The notes under the pieces were generated by a model. The model was not told the origin of the DNA, did no database searches, and worked only from the letters and a program-made list of their open reading frames with translations. Of a DNA stretch of 64,000 nucleotides, positions 10,222 through 19,697 are shown one piece after another. Location: the NCBI GenBank assembly GCA_963818745.1, contig CAWFTI010000001.1, positions 47,345-111,344 of the forward strand. Reading direction: 5' to 3'. The position numbers were made by a program, and so were the translations under genes. This DNA is from Thermoplasmatota archaeon (GTDB taxonomy: Archaea; Thermoplasmatota; Thermoplasmata; UBA10834). The stretch's first letter is position 1, and each line of letters starts with the position of its first letter.

Positions 10222-11527
10222 TCACGCGTCGGTGCACTTCGCACCGCACTTCTGGCCGCCCTTCTTGTAGGCCTTCCTGCGCTCCTCCCTGAGGGTCCCC
10301 TCGGGTATGAGGCACATCTTCTTGCCGGATGCCACTGCGGCCACGCCGTCCGAGGCCAGGTGCGGGTACTCCTCGCACATCTTGCAGCCGGGCGGGCACT
10401 TGCTCACCCTGTCGCCCTCGACCTCGGGGAACTGGAATATGCCGCCCTCGTAGTTCCTGAGCACGACCCTGGTGTCCGACTGCGATATCAGGTAGGTCGG
10501 GCCGACGGGAATCTTGCCTCCGCCCGTGGGCGCGTCGATCACGAACTGCGGGACCGCGAAGCCCGATGTGTGCCCGCGCAGGTGCTCGATTATCTCGATG
10601 CCCTTCGCGATGGACGTCCTGAAGTGCTCCAGACCCTTCGCGATGTCGCACTGGTAGATGTAGTACGGCCTGCACCTTATCCAGGTCAGGTCCTGGCAGA
10701 GCTTCTTCATGATGGTCGGGCAGTCGTTCACTCCCTTCAGGAGGACGGTCTGGTTGCCCACGGGTATTCCCGCGTCAACGAGCATCTCGACCGCGCGCTT
10801 GGATTCCGGGGTGATCTCCTTCGGGTGGTTGAAGTGCGTGTTGAGCCAGATCGGGTGGTACTTCCTCAGCATCTTGACCAGCGCCGGTGTTATCCTGTAC
10901 GGCAGCACGACGGGGGTCCTCGACCCCAGCCTGACGATCTGGACATGCTTGATCTTCCTGAGCTCCCTGATGACCTTCTCGAGGAACTCGTCGGAGACCA
11001 GGAGGCAGTCGCCTCCCGAGAGCAGGACGTCCCTGACCTGCGGGGTCTTCCTGATGTAGTCGAGGCCCTCCTCGATCTCGGCCCAGCTCCTCTGGTGGTC
11101 CGTCGTGCCCAACGATCCTGCGCCTGCAGCAGTGCCTGCAGTACATGCTGCACTGGTCCGTGATGAGGAACAGGACCCTGTCGGGGTACCTGTGCGTCAG
11201 GCCTTCGTGGGGCGCGTCCGTCGTCTCGCCGACGGTGTCCTCCATGTCCTCCTTCGTTATGTGCAGCTCCTTCGAGCTCGGGACGGCCTGCTTCCTCACG
11301 GGGCATTCGGGGTCGTCCGGGTCCATGAGCGTGGCGTAGTACGGCGTGATGGCCATGCGGAGGTACTTGGTGGAGTTCCTGATCTCCTCCTTCTCCTTCT
11401 CGGTGAGGTTGATGACCTGCGCCAAGGTGTCGACGTCGGTTATCCTGTTCTTGACCTGCCACTTCCAATCAGTCCACTGCTTCGGACTGACGTTCTTCCA
11501 CAACGGGATGTCCTTGTACTTCCTCAT
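10222..11527 (-). CDS. kamA: lysine 2,3-aminomutase, radical SAM/PLP (frameshift ~11105)
   Basis: [80 protein letters not shown]. Confidence 0.93.
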
Positions 11528-11648
11528 CGGTCAGGCCCCCTATCCGGGCTGTCCCTGAAAAAGGGTATAGGATTCCCCTATTTAGAGTAAGTGCGGGAAA
11601 TGCAGCGGCCGAAGGCGCAACTCCCCCTGATTCTCCAACCATACTGGA

Positions 11649-11671
11649 GTCACTAGTGACCGTATTATATA
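11649..11671. promoter_or_regulatory. 12-bp perfect palindrome adjacent to TATA box between kamA and the histidine kinase gene
   Basis: GTCACTAGTGAC (11649-11660); TATATAATA on the minus strand (11671-11663). Confidence 0.45.
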
Positions 11672-11722
11672 CCGTCTGGGTCAATTCGACATTGTCCGCG
11701 TACCCACCGGCATTCGGGCATC

Positions 11723-13159
11723 ATGTGGAGGGAGACGCTGATAGACGTACTCTGTGTGGACGACGACGAGTCCATGCTGGAGCTGGTCGCGATGTTCGTG
11801 GCCCGCTCCGGGGACTTCAAGATCGACACTGCCGCCTCGGCCGAGGAGGCGCTCTCGAGGATGGACGAGCGGCACTACGACGTCGTGGTATGCGACTACC
11901 AGATGCCCGAGATGACCGGCATCGACCTTTTGAGCATCCTGAGGAACCAGGGGAACGATGTGCCGTTCGTCATCTTCACCGGAAAGGGCAGGGAGGACGT
12001 GGCGATAGACGCCCTGAACCGGGGAGCAGACTTCTACCTCCAGAAATCGGGCGACACGAGGGCGATGTTCGCGGAGCTCGCGAACATGATAACCCAGTCC
12101 GTGATGAGGAGGAGCGCCGAGCAGGAGTGCAAGCGGGTCGAGCGCATGTTCCACATGCTGGCGGACAACACGCAGGACGTGTTGTACAGGATCCGCATCA
12201 AGCCGGATGTGGCCATCGAGTACATCAACCCGGCCGTCGAGAAGTTCTCTGGATACAGCGCGGAGGAGTGGATGAGGGACGAGACCGTGATGTTCAAGGT
12301 GATACATCCGGACGACCTGCCCAAGCTCGACGAGGCGCTCAAGGACCCCGACTCGCACAGGAGGCCCATCATGCTCCGCTGGATTCACAAGAACGGCACG
12401 GTCACCTGGGCCGAAGATCTCGTCACCCCGATCAAGGACCAGTCTGGAGAGATCGTCGCCATAATCGGCATCGCGCGCGACATGACCGACCGGATCGCGA
12501 TGGAGCGGGCGCTGGAGGAGGCGAACAAGAAGCTGAGCCTCCTGGGGGGCATCACGAGGCACGACATACTGAACCAGCTGTCGGTCATGTACGGCTATGT
12601 CGAGCTGGCCCGCGAGAACGAGCGGGACCCTGCCGAGCGCGAGAAGCTCGACAAGGCCCTCGCCTCCGGGGACATGATAAGAAGGCATCTGGAGTTCTCG
12701 AGGGACTACCAGAGCATGGGCACGGTGAGGCCCGACTGGACCGATGTGCACGCGATCGTGGACCGCGTGTTCCGTTCGCTCGACCTCAAGGGCGTCCGCC
12801 TCAGGAACGACACGAAGGGGCTGCAGGTCTTCGCGGACCCGATGCTCGAGAAGGTGTTCTACAACCTCATCGACAACACTCAGAGGCACTCGGGGGGCGC
12901 GAAGAACATACGCGTGTCCCATCTCATGAAGGGGGACGACCTCGTCATCGTGTACGAGGACGACGGGAAGGGCGTGCCCGAGCAGGACAAGGAGAGGGTC
13001 TTCGGGAGAGGGGTGGGGAAGGGCACTGGCTACGGGCTGTACCTCGCGCGGGAGATCCTCGAATTGACCGGGATGAGGATACGCGAGACCGGCGAGCCAT
13101 GCAAGGGCGCGAGGTTCGAGGTGTTCGTCCCCGGGTCGAGGTTCAGGCTGACGGCGTGA
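11723..13159 (+). CDS. hybrid sensor histidine kinase (REC-PAS-HisKA-HATPase)
   Basis: VLCVDDD...VCDYQMP..TG; PAS IHPDD; ITRHDILNQL H-box; FYNLIDN N-box; YEDDGKGV and GTGYGL G-boxes. Confidence 0.93.
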   Translation: MWRETLIDVLCVDDDESMLELVAMFVARSGDFKIDTAASAEEALSRMDERHYDVVVCDYQMPEMTGIDLLSILRNQGNDVPFVIFTGKGREDVAIDALNRGADFYLQKSGDTRAMFAELANMITQSVMRRSAEQECKRVERMFHMLADNTQDVLYRIRIKPDVAIEYINPAVEKFSGYSAEEWMRDETVMFKVIHPDDLPKLDEALKDPDSHRRPIMLRWIHKNGTVTWAEDLVTPIKDQSGEIVAIIGIARDMTDRIAMERALEEANKKLSLLGGITRHDILNQLSVMYGYVELARENERDPAEREKLDKALASGDMIRRHLEFSRDYQSMGTVRPDWTDVHAIVDRVFRSLDLKGVRLRNDTKGLQVFADPMLEKVFYNLIDNTQRHSGGAKNIRVSHLMKGDDLVIVYEDDGKGVPEQDKERVFGRGVGKGTGYGLYLAREILELTGMRIRETGEPCKGARFEVFVPGSRFRLTA

Positions 13160-13361
13160 ACGACCCCGAGAGCGTCGAAGACGACAACCCTCCAGCAGGT
13201 CCATCCAGGTTTTTCGACGGCGTATCCAGTCAACACTTAAGTAGTATGGGAGGGTATTCAATGGTACCTGGAGAGATTCATTGGTAGTCCGCAGAGGATA
13301 CAGAGGGCGCCGGAACAGCGAACCGCGGGTGCATCACCCGAGCGAGAGCCGGAGGACCCTC

Positions 13362-13601
13362 ATGCTCAACCTGAACAGGATCACATCGTTCAGATACGGT
13401 ATCAGGGAGATCATGGTGAACCACGAGGTCAGCGAATCGGTCGCGTCCTCAGTGGTCGCATCTGTGATAGCGAAAGGCTCCCGGATGTCGATCGATACCG
13501 CAAGGGACTACGTGCTCGACCAGGAGAAGGCCGGAAGCTACCCGAAGGCGGTCTCGGACGAGATACTGGACCTTCTGGACAGATACTCGAGACACCGCTG
13601 A
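13362..13601 (+). CDS. small hypothetical protein
   Basis: SD-like GGAGG before ATG 13362; helical 79-aa ORF with normal codon usage (could start at 13281). Confidence 0.65.
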   Translation: MLNLNRITSFRYGIREIMVNHEVSESVASSVVASVIAKGSRMSIDTARDYVLDQEKAGSYPKAVSDEILDLLDRYSRHR

Positions 13602-14097
13602 GCGACCATCAGGTCTTCTGCGTCGAGGACATAGACGATATCGTTCTCATTCAGCGTCGTACAGGCCCTCGAGGCGCGCCATCTCTCTGAACCCCACCTT
13701 CTCGTAGAGCCTCCTGGCGTCTTCCCTGTTGACCTGCGTCGTCAGGATGACCTTCCTGAGTCTCACGCCCGCTCGCTCGTAGAACTCCTTCATGTCCGAG
13801 ATGGTGGCCCTGAGGAGCTTCTCCCCGAGGCCGCTCTTCCTGTGCTTCTCCTCGACGAACAGGTTCTCGACCCAGCCGAGGCCGCAGTAGTCCTCGCCTT
13901 CGATCCGCCAGAAGCACGAGCCTCGGATGGTCCTCACCGACCTTGGCGACCAGGATCTGATGATAGTCGAAGTAGCAGTTGACGAACCAACGGGACTGCT
14001 CAGGCCCGACCTTGAGGTCAGGGGATGCGTACATCTCGACCAGACGGGCCACATCGGGCTCGGCGGCCCTGGAGATCTCTACCTTCGCTGCTGCCAC
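13600..14097 (-). CDS. GNAT family N-acetyltransferase (frameshifts ~13930, ~13650; 3' end uncertain)
   Basis: LGWVENLFVEEKHRKSGLGEKLL motif A; N.DARRLYEKVGF motif B. Confidence 0.8.
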
Positions 14098-14229
14098 GGG
14101 TATCCTTCCTGCAATCCCATGGCGCCATGATAAGGTTTCTCGTCGAATCGTGTGCGCGAGAAGAACGCCAGGACGAGGCTGTGGCGGGGTAGGCCGTGTG
14201 TGTACCAGCAAGGGCCGGACAGGTCAGAA

Positions 14230-14814
14230 TCATCTCTTCTCTTTCCAGTCTGATCTCAACATCGAGAAGAGTACGTCGTCGGCGTAGTTCCCGAACTCGT
14301 CGAAATAACGTTGCCTGAGCACGCCCTCTTTCTTGAACCCGAGGTTCTTGATCAACTTGATAGAACGCTTGTTCCGAGGCATGATGAAGACCTCTATCCT
14401 GTTCAGCTCCATCTTCTCGAAGCCGAAGTCGATGACAGCATTCATCGCCTCGGCCATTATGCCCTTGCCCCAGTGCTCTCTTGCCAGGTCGTAGCCCATC
14501 TCGGCCTGATGTCGCCACTCCGCGGAAGGGGCCCACTTGTAATAGCCCAGCGAACCGATGGGCCGGCCTTCCCCCTTGAGCGTTATGACCCATCGGAATC
14601 CTTGCCTCTTCCGGTACAAATCGACCATGTCGCTCCTGACCTCTTCCCGGGCGGCCCCGATGTTCCTCGGACCCTGCTCTCCCCCTCCCCAGACCATCTC
14701 GGGCCTCGAGAAGTGTTCGAGATACCATTCGGCATCCTTCATCGATGGCTGCCGGAGAACCAGGCGCTTCGTCCTGATCTCAGGGAACTCCTTGAAAGCG
14801 GTCTTCCTGTTCAT
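14230..14814 (-). CDS. GNAT acetyltransferase, RimJ/RimL family
   Basis: FPEIRTKRLVLR, AEMGYDLAREHWGKGIMAEA, N.RSIKLIKNLGFKKEGVLR. Confidence 0.9.
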   Translation of the reverse strand: MNRKTAFKEFPEIRTKRLVLRQPSMKDAEWYLEHFSRPEMVWGGGEQGPRNIGAAREEVRSDMVDLYRKRQGFRWVITLKGEGRPIGSLGYYKWAPSAEWRHQAEMGYDLAREHWGKGIMAEAMNAVIDFGFEKMELNRIEVFIMPRNKRSIKLIKNLGFKKEGVLRQRYFDEFGNYADDVLFSMLRSDWKEKR

Positions 14815-14968
14815 TGTGAGATCTCTTGCAGACAAGCCGTTACGTCGTTGCCGTTCAGTTACATGAACCATCATAATCTTTGCGGCATCCTAGCATGGCA
14901 GGCACTTAGGCCCCTGCGTGCTGAGACGGCAATCATGCACGATCAGAGAATGGTCAGAAAACTGAAAG

Positions 14969-15042
14969 TGGGGTAGATCGGATTTGAACCGATGACCTCA
15001 TGCTCCCAAAGCACGTATCATACCAAGCTAGACCACTACCCC
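14969..15042 (-). tRNA. tRNA-Pro (UGG), intronless, no encoded CCA
   Basis: GGGGTAG TG GTCTAGCTTGGTATGATA CGTGC TT TGG GA GCATG AGGTC ATCGG TTCAAAT CCGAT CTACCCC A; 7-bp acceptor stem, anticodon at 15008-15006. Confidence 0.95.
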
Positions 15043-15111
15043 GGGTTCGGGCCCGGTCTCGTACGGATTATCGCCATCCTGAATAAAAGGGTTCGCTCGT
15101 ACGACGGCAGC

Positions 15112-15901
15112 TCAGCCGGAGAGAGATGTCGTCACCGAATACACGAGCTCGCAATCTGGCGTGTCGCCATCTTCTGCTCCAGAGGACTCCCAAACGCCGT
15201 CGAACGGGAGGGATATCTGATGGTCGACCGATTCGAGCCCATCCGACGGGCTGTAGTCCATGATCTCGTAATCGGTCACGTTCGTCTCGCTCACGGACCA
15301 GACGTCGTACGCTATGATCTTGAACCCGAACGACTCCAGCCCGTCCTCGACATCGACCGTGACGTTGAAGAAGTCCTCGAGGGAGAGCACGTAGACGAAC
15401 ATCTCGCTGTCGAAGGTGACATCGTACGAGCCGTCGCCGTCGGCATCGAACTCACCTGGAACCACGGGTTCGGGATAGTATCTCCATCTGTAGTACGGAT
15501 TCCTCATACCCGAGGAAGTCGAACGAGTCGAGGGATATGGACACGACTCCGTTGCCCCCGTCGAAGAAGTCGCTCACATCTCCAACGCCGTCTCCGTCCG
15601 AGTCCGCAGTCTCCGTCTTGTCGGTCGGGAACGCGTCCGAGTTGTCCCCGACACCGTCCTTGTCGGTGTCGAACTGCTCTGAGGGGTCACGCGGGAACTC
15701 GTCCGAGACGTTCACGGTCCCGTCTTCATCCCAATCACCAACTGAGGCGAGGGGCGAGAGCGATGGTGTGAGAACGACATAGAAGGCAAGCATGAGCATC
15801 GTGATCACGACGATGGTCGATGTTAACACCGTGATGTGCGCAGTTCTCTCGACCTCATCGCTCAATCCAGCTTTCCCTCCTTCGCCAGCATGAATATTCA
15901 C
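15112..15901 (-). CDS. membrane-anchored acidic protein with thrombospondin type-3-like Ca-binding repeats (frameshift ~15505; start uncertain)
   Basis: N-terminal TM, then DEFPRDPSEQFDTDKDGVGDNSDAFPTDKTETADSDGDGVGDVSD; ORFs 15452..15901 and 15112..15507. Confidence 0.7.
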
Positions 15902-15925
15902 GCACGCTCGCTATAATACTTGCCC

Positions 15926-16080
15926 GGTTCTGTTGCATCATCGGGTGGTGACCTCCAGGCCACTCACCCTGATCGCAACTCGTTCCATTCGGCTCCGACC
16001 GTGCGCCCCTCTCGGGGTCGTATAGGACCATCATCACGTCATGCTGGAACGCGCCGGGGCTGAACCGTAAGCCCCCTGCC
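15926..16080 (-). ncRNA. putative omega-RNA scaffold overlapping the tnpB 3' end
   Basis: Minus-strand stems: GGGGCT/AGCCCC; CGTTCCA/TGGAACG enclosing CCCC-GAGA-GGGG; long terminal hairpin GTTGC..GGGTG..GTGGCC-TGGA-GGTCAC..CACCC..GCAAC (15979-15932) ending 6 nt before the element boundary. Confidence 0.65.
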
Positions 16081-17175
16081 ATCCCTTCCGGGAAGGCTGT
16101 CTGCAGCAGATTGATGCTGGCGTTGACATGCCTGTCCGCCTGCCAGCCGCACTCGCACTCGAACCGGGCGCCCATTCGGGAATGTTGTATCCTCCCACAT
16201 ATCGGGCACCTCCTGCTGCTGTTGTATCGGATCCACCTTGACCACGGGCATGCCTCTCCAGGCGGCCTTGTACTCTATGATCTGATGGAGCTTCCTCCTC
16301 GGCCACATGCTCAGACGCCTGTTCAGGACCTTGTCCCTCCTCGGCTTGAACACCCCTTCAGGTCCTCGAGCACTATCGCGGCCTTCCGCTCCTCGGCGAA
16401 GTCCAGCGACCGCGTTCGCCACCTGGTGCATCCGGTACTCGATCCTGCGATGCTCCCTCCTCCCCTCCTTCCGGCACAGGCGCCGCGAGGTCCGCCGGTC
16501 ATGCGCCTTCTTCTTCTGAAGGCGCTTCCGCCGGTCATGATGGCGTGCCTGGATGACGGCCACTTCGTCGAAGGCGGCCCTGGCGGGCGTGCTCACCCCG
16601 TCCTCGAAGAACACGCCGTCCAGGCTCCTCTCGTTCGTGTCGAGCGAGAGGACGGTCTCGGGCACGTACGGCTTCCTCTCCCCCTTCCTGAAGGCGACCA
16701 CGACCCGGTCGGGAAGGACCGTCAGAGAACCGAGGGAAAGGGCGTGGTCGTCCAGGTACCTCCGGTGATACTGGCTGACGACGAGCCTCAGCTCGACATG
16801 CAGACCAGCCCGTATCGGCAGGTCGATGACGCCGTTCACCCGGTCGAGCTTGTAGGCCTGGTTCTCCGCCTTCATCATCAGGCGCTTGACATAGGGGATG
16901 TGCCGCTGGAGCCCCCTTCTGAGGCGCCTCCGGTGGTTCTTCAGGACGCTCCCAGCGACCTCGAACGCGGAGACGAGATGCTGGGAGTACATCCTGGGAT
17001 GGTCCTTGCGGAAGTCCTTGTATGCCAGCTTCGCGAGGGCGTTCCTCGAGCTCACCCGCGCCTGGAGGCCTGCCCGGATCGCGTTGTTGACCGCCAGCCT
17101 GAAGTCCTCGAGCAGGAACTTCGCCTCGGACGGAAGCTCAGACTCGAGCTGGAAGACCACCCCTCTGACCGGCAT
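15926..17175 (-). CDS. tnpB: TnpB-family RNA-guided nuclease homolog (about 3 frameshifts; true stop unresolved)
   Basis: RuvC-I VLSLDTNERS; bridge-helix-like EHRRIEYRMHQVAN; RuvC-II AIVLEDLKG; LNRRLSMW..IEYKAAWRGMPVVKVDP; Zn finger CPIC..CEC; RuvC-III ADRHVNASINL. Pieced from ORFs 16039..17175, 16323..16538, 15855..16175. Confidence 0.9.
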
Positions 17176-17340
17176 CTCAGCCAGTGACGTGCGTTCGGGA
17201 CATTACTCTCTGTCGATTACATGCAGTCGAAAGCAAGATGAAGGAGCTGGCATCGGCTCCCGTCCGCCTTCACCACCCGACTTTGAACAGAACCCTTTCG
17301 CAGAAAAGCATAAAATACGCTCGACTGTCTCCGTTCTCTC

Positions 17341-17872
17341 GTGAGGAGTGCTGCTACGGCGGGCAGGATATGTGTTCTCGGCATGGCGACTTCCGCCGTG
17401 GTAATCGTCCTCATGGCCTACAGGGCTCTTGCCTACCCCGAGGAGGAGGCCTGGGTGGTTCTCGACGATGTCGGATGGGGGGTCCTCGTGTCGGCTATCG
17501 CCGGCTTCGCAGTATCCTTCGCGCTCCTGGTACATGCCAGGTACCTGCGAGAGCGGGCCGAGACGGGAGCGCCTGAGATGCAGGCCGTGACCCCCGTCGG
17601 TCCGGAGCTATCGGAAGGGGTGCCCGAGAAAGCGCAGGAGGAACCCGCGCAGGAACGCCCTGAACCCGACCTGAGCAGGCTGTCGAAGGACGAGAGGAGG
17701 CTGTACGAGCAGGATCAAGGAGGCGGGGGGAGAGGTCCTGCAGATGAAACTCGTCGCCTCCGGCGAGTTCTCGAAGTCCAAGGTCACGAGGCTCTTGGAC
17801 AGGCTGGAGTCGCGGGGCCTCATCGTCCGGGAGCGCAGCGGGATGACGAACCGAGTGAGGCTCAGGAGATAG
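17341..17872 (+). CDS. two-TM membrane protein with C-terminal winged HTH (COG2512-like; frameshift ~17712)
   Basis: Two hydrophobic helices, then LSKDERRLY / IKEAGGEVLQMKLVASGEFSKSKVTRLLDRLESRGLIVRERSGMTNRVRL. Confidence 0.8.
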
Positions 17873-18020
17873 CGCGCCTGCGGCCAGGGAAGCCTCACTG
17901 ACCTTTCGGATTTCGTCGTTCTGCAACTGATTTCACGCGAGGCTTTACGTGGTATTTCACCGATGTACGTCGATTGGGGCATACTGGACAGTATGCCCGA
18001 TTCGAATAGGAGGGAGGACA

Positions 18021-19578
18021 ATGGACTTCATCAAGGACCGCGGGATCCTCATCCTTGCCCTGGCGTTGGCCCTGGTCGTGCCCGTGACGGGGACGGCCAC
18101 GGCGTCGGGCGATGAGGATGACGGCGACCGAGTACCACGTGAGCTCAGAGAATGGACCGTGATGCTGTACATCGGCGCGGAGAGTCCGTTCTACGAGACA
18201 TACGACGAGAACGGGGACGAGGTCATCGTCCCGTTCACGCTCGGACAATGCGAGAGGGCGTTCGCGGAGGCCGAGATCGACCTGGCCATGAAGGACGTGA
18301 ACCTCGTCGTCTTCGTCGACAGGACCGAGATCGAAGGCACATTCATCTATGACGATTCGGACCTGCAGAACCATGTGTACCTCATGCCCGAGGCGAACTC
18401 GTCCGACCCGGACGTGCTCGGGGGTTTCGTCAGGGACTGCATGAGCCTGTATCCAGCCAACGAGTACCTTCTCGTCGGCAAGAACGGGCACGCCTGGTGC
18501 GGGATCTGCCCTGACGACGACGGAGGGGCCGTGGACAGGGCCATGATGCCCATAGACGGCATCGCGAAGGAGCTGCTAGAGATACAGGAGGAGACCGGTG
18601 AGCGCGTGGATGTGCTCGCCTTCGACGGGGACAACATGGCGTCCGTGGAAGCTGCTTACGAGCTCAGGCACGCGGTCGATTACCTCGTAGCCTCGCAGCA
18701 GGACGTCCCCTTGGACGGCTTCCCGTACTACCTCTTCCTGAAGCACCTGCTCGAGGGCTCGGCCGGGACTGACACCGTCACCCCGAGCCAGCTGGCGTGC
18801 ACGATCGCCGAGGACTATGTCTACTACTACAACAACACGGACGGGAAGAAGGTGCTGCTCGACCACCTCCTCTCCAACTCGCAGATGGCGGTCACCGCAT
18901 CCGCGTTCGAGATGGGGGAGGACGGCGGGAACATCGAGAGGATCGTCGTCGCGTTCGACGCCGTCCTCGACCACATGATCTCATCGTGCGACGGGATGTG
19001 GATACCGCTCAACAGGAACAACATCGCGTCGGCGAGGGACTACGCGCTGATAGGCAAGATGGGAGACCAGGCGGGGTACGAATGGCTGCCGGACATCTAC
19101 TCCTGGCTGGACATGACGGACCGGCTGGTCCAGCTGTACCCGCCAGAGGACCCGCTCTGGATCGGACCGGACACCGATTTCACCGCACTCGTCGACGAGT
19201 TCAAGCAGTCGATCCTGGACGCCAGGACCTGCATGGTGGAGTGCCAGATACTGGCGAGGTCCAACAACTCCGATCCGCACGGCCTGAACTTCTGGTTCCC
19301 GCCCACATGGCTGCAGTGGGAGACGCTCGACATGACCCGGGAGAGGACGTACGAGTATGCCGGATCGAACGTCGAGCTGCCTGCGGAATATTACTGCGTC
19401 GACTGCCCGTACAACTACAGCGAGTGCGGGCTGGACATGGTCGAAGACACGAGCTGGATCGAGTTCTTCGGAATCTATTACGAAGCGCGTTGGCTCTTGT
19501 ACAACAGTGGCATGGGGGAATCTGCACCGCGAACGGCTATACGACATTCTCCTCCCCAATCATCACTCCAGCTCTTGA
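18021..19578 (+). CDS. secreted clostripain-related (peptidase C11-like) protein with atypical active site; 3' end inferred through a frameshift ~19515
   Basis: Signal peptide; WTVMLYIGAE; EANSSDPDVLGGFV....YPANEYLL; VDVLAFD..NMASVEAAYEL...VDYLVASQQ..P..GFPY. Confidence 0.8.
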
Positions 19579-19697
19579 GAGTCTGGCCTGTTCGCGGAAA
19601 CTCCTTACCAAATCAAAACCCCTTAACTATTTTTCCTACACGGACAAGCGGCGGAGGCACGCCCCGAACGAGCTCTGCCGTCCCGCGCTCGAGCCAT

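Larger units (their letters stand above)
15926..17294 (-). mobile_element. non-autonomous tnpB-carrying element with IS6-like terminal inverted repeats
   Basis: Left end GGTTCTGTTGCATCATCGGGTGGTGA (15926-15951); right end, reverse-complemented, GGTTCTGTTCAAAGTCGGGTGGTGA (17294-17270). Only tnpB inside; no target-site duplication (ACTTGCCC vs CTTTCGCA). Confidence 0.8.

Noticed and set aside
13647-13649. Stop-codon readthrough (Sec/Pyl) at the GNAT TGA and at other early stops
   Set aside because: Plausible sequence continues in a different frame (NENDIVYVLD), which indicates an indel; no recoding machinery is present in the window.
13600-14814. GNAT genes as ablB partners of kamA for N-epsilon-acetyl-beta-lysine synthesis
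   Set aside because: Both are short generic GNATs (one RimJ-like), separated from kamA by two opposite-strand genes, and lack the longer AblB architecture.
15926-17294. TnpB homolog as a type V CRISPR effector (Cas12f-like)
   Set aside because: No repeat-spacer array or cas1/cas2/cas4 anywhere in the window; the gene is bounded by IRs and has an omega-RNA-like 3' end.
14969-19600. Possible integrated island at tRNA-Pro (accessory genes and tnpB nearby)
   Set aside because: No integrase and no duplicated tRNA 3' end (att site) seen; composition is similar to the flanks.
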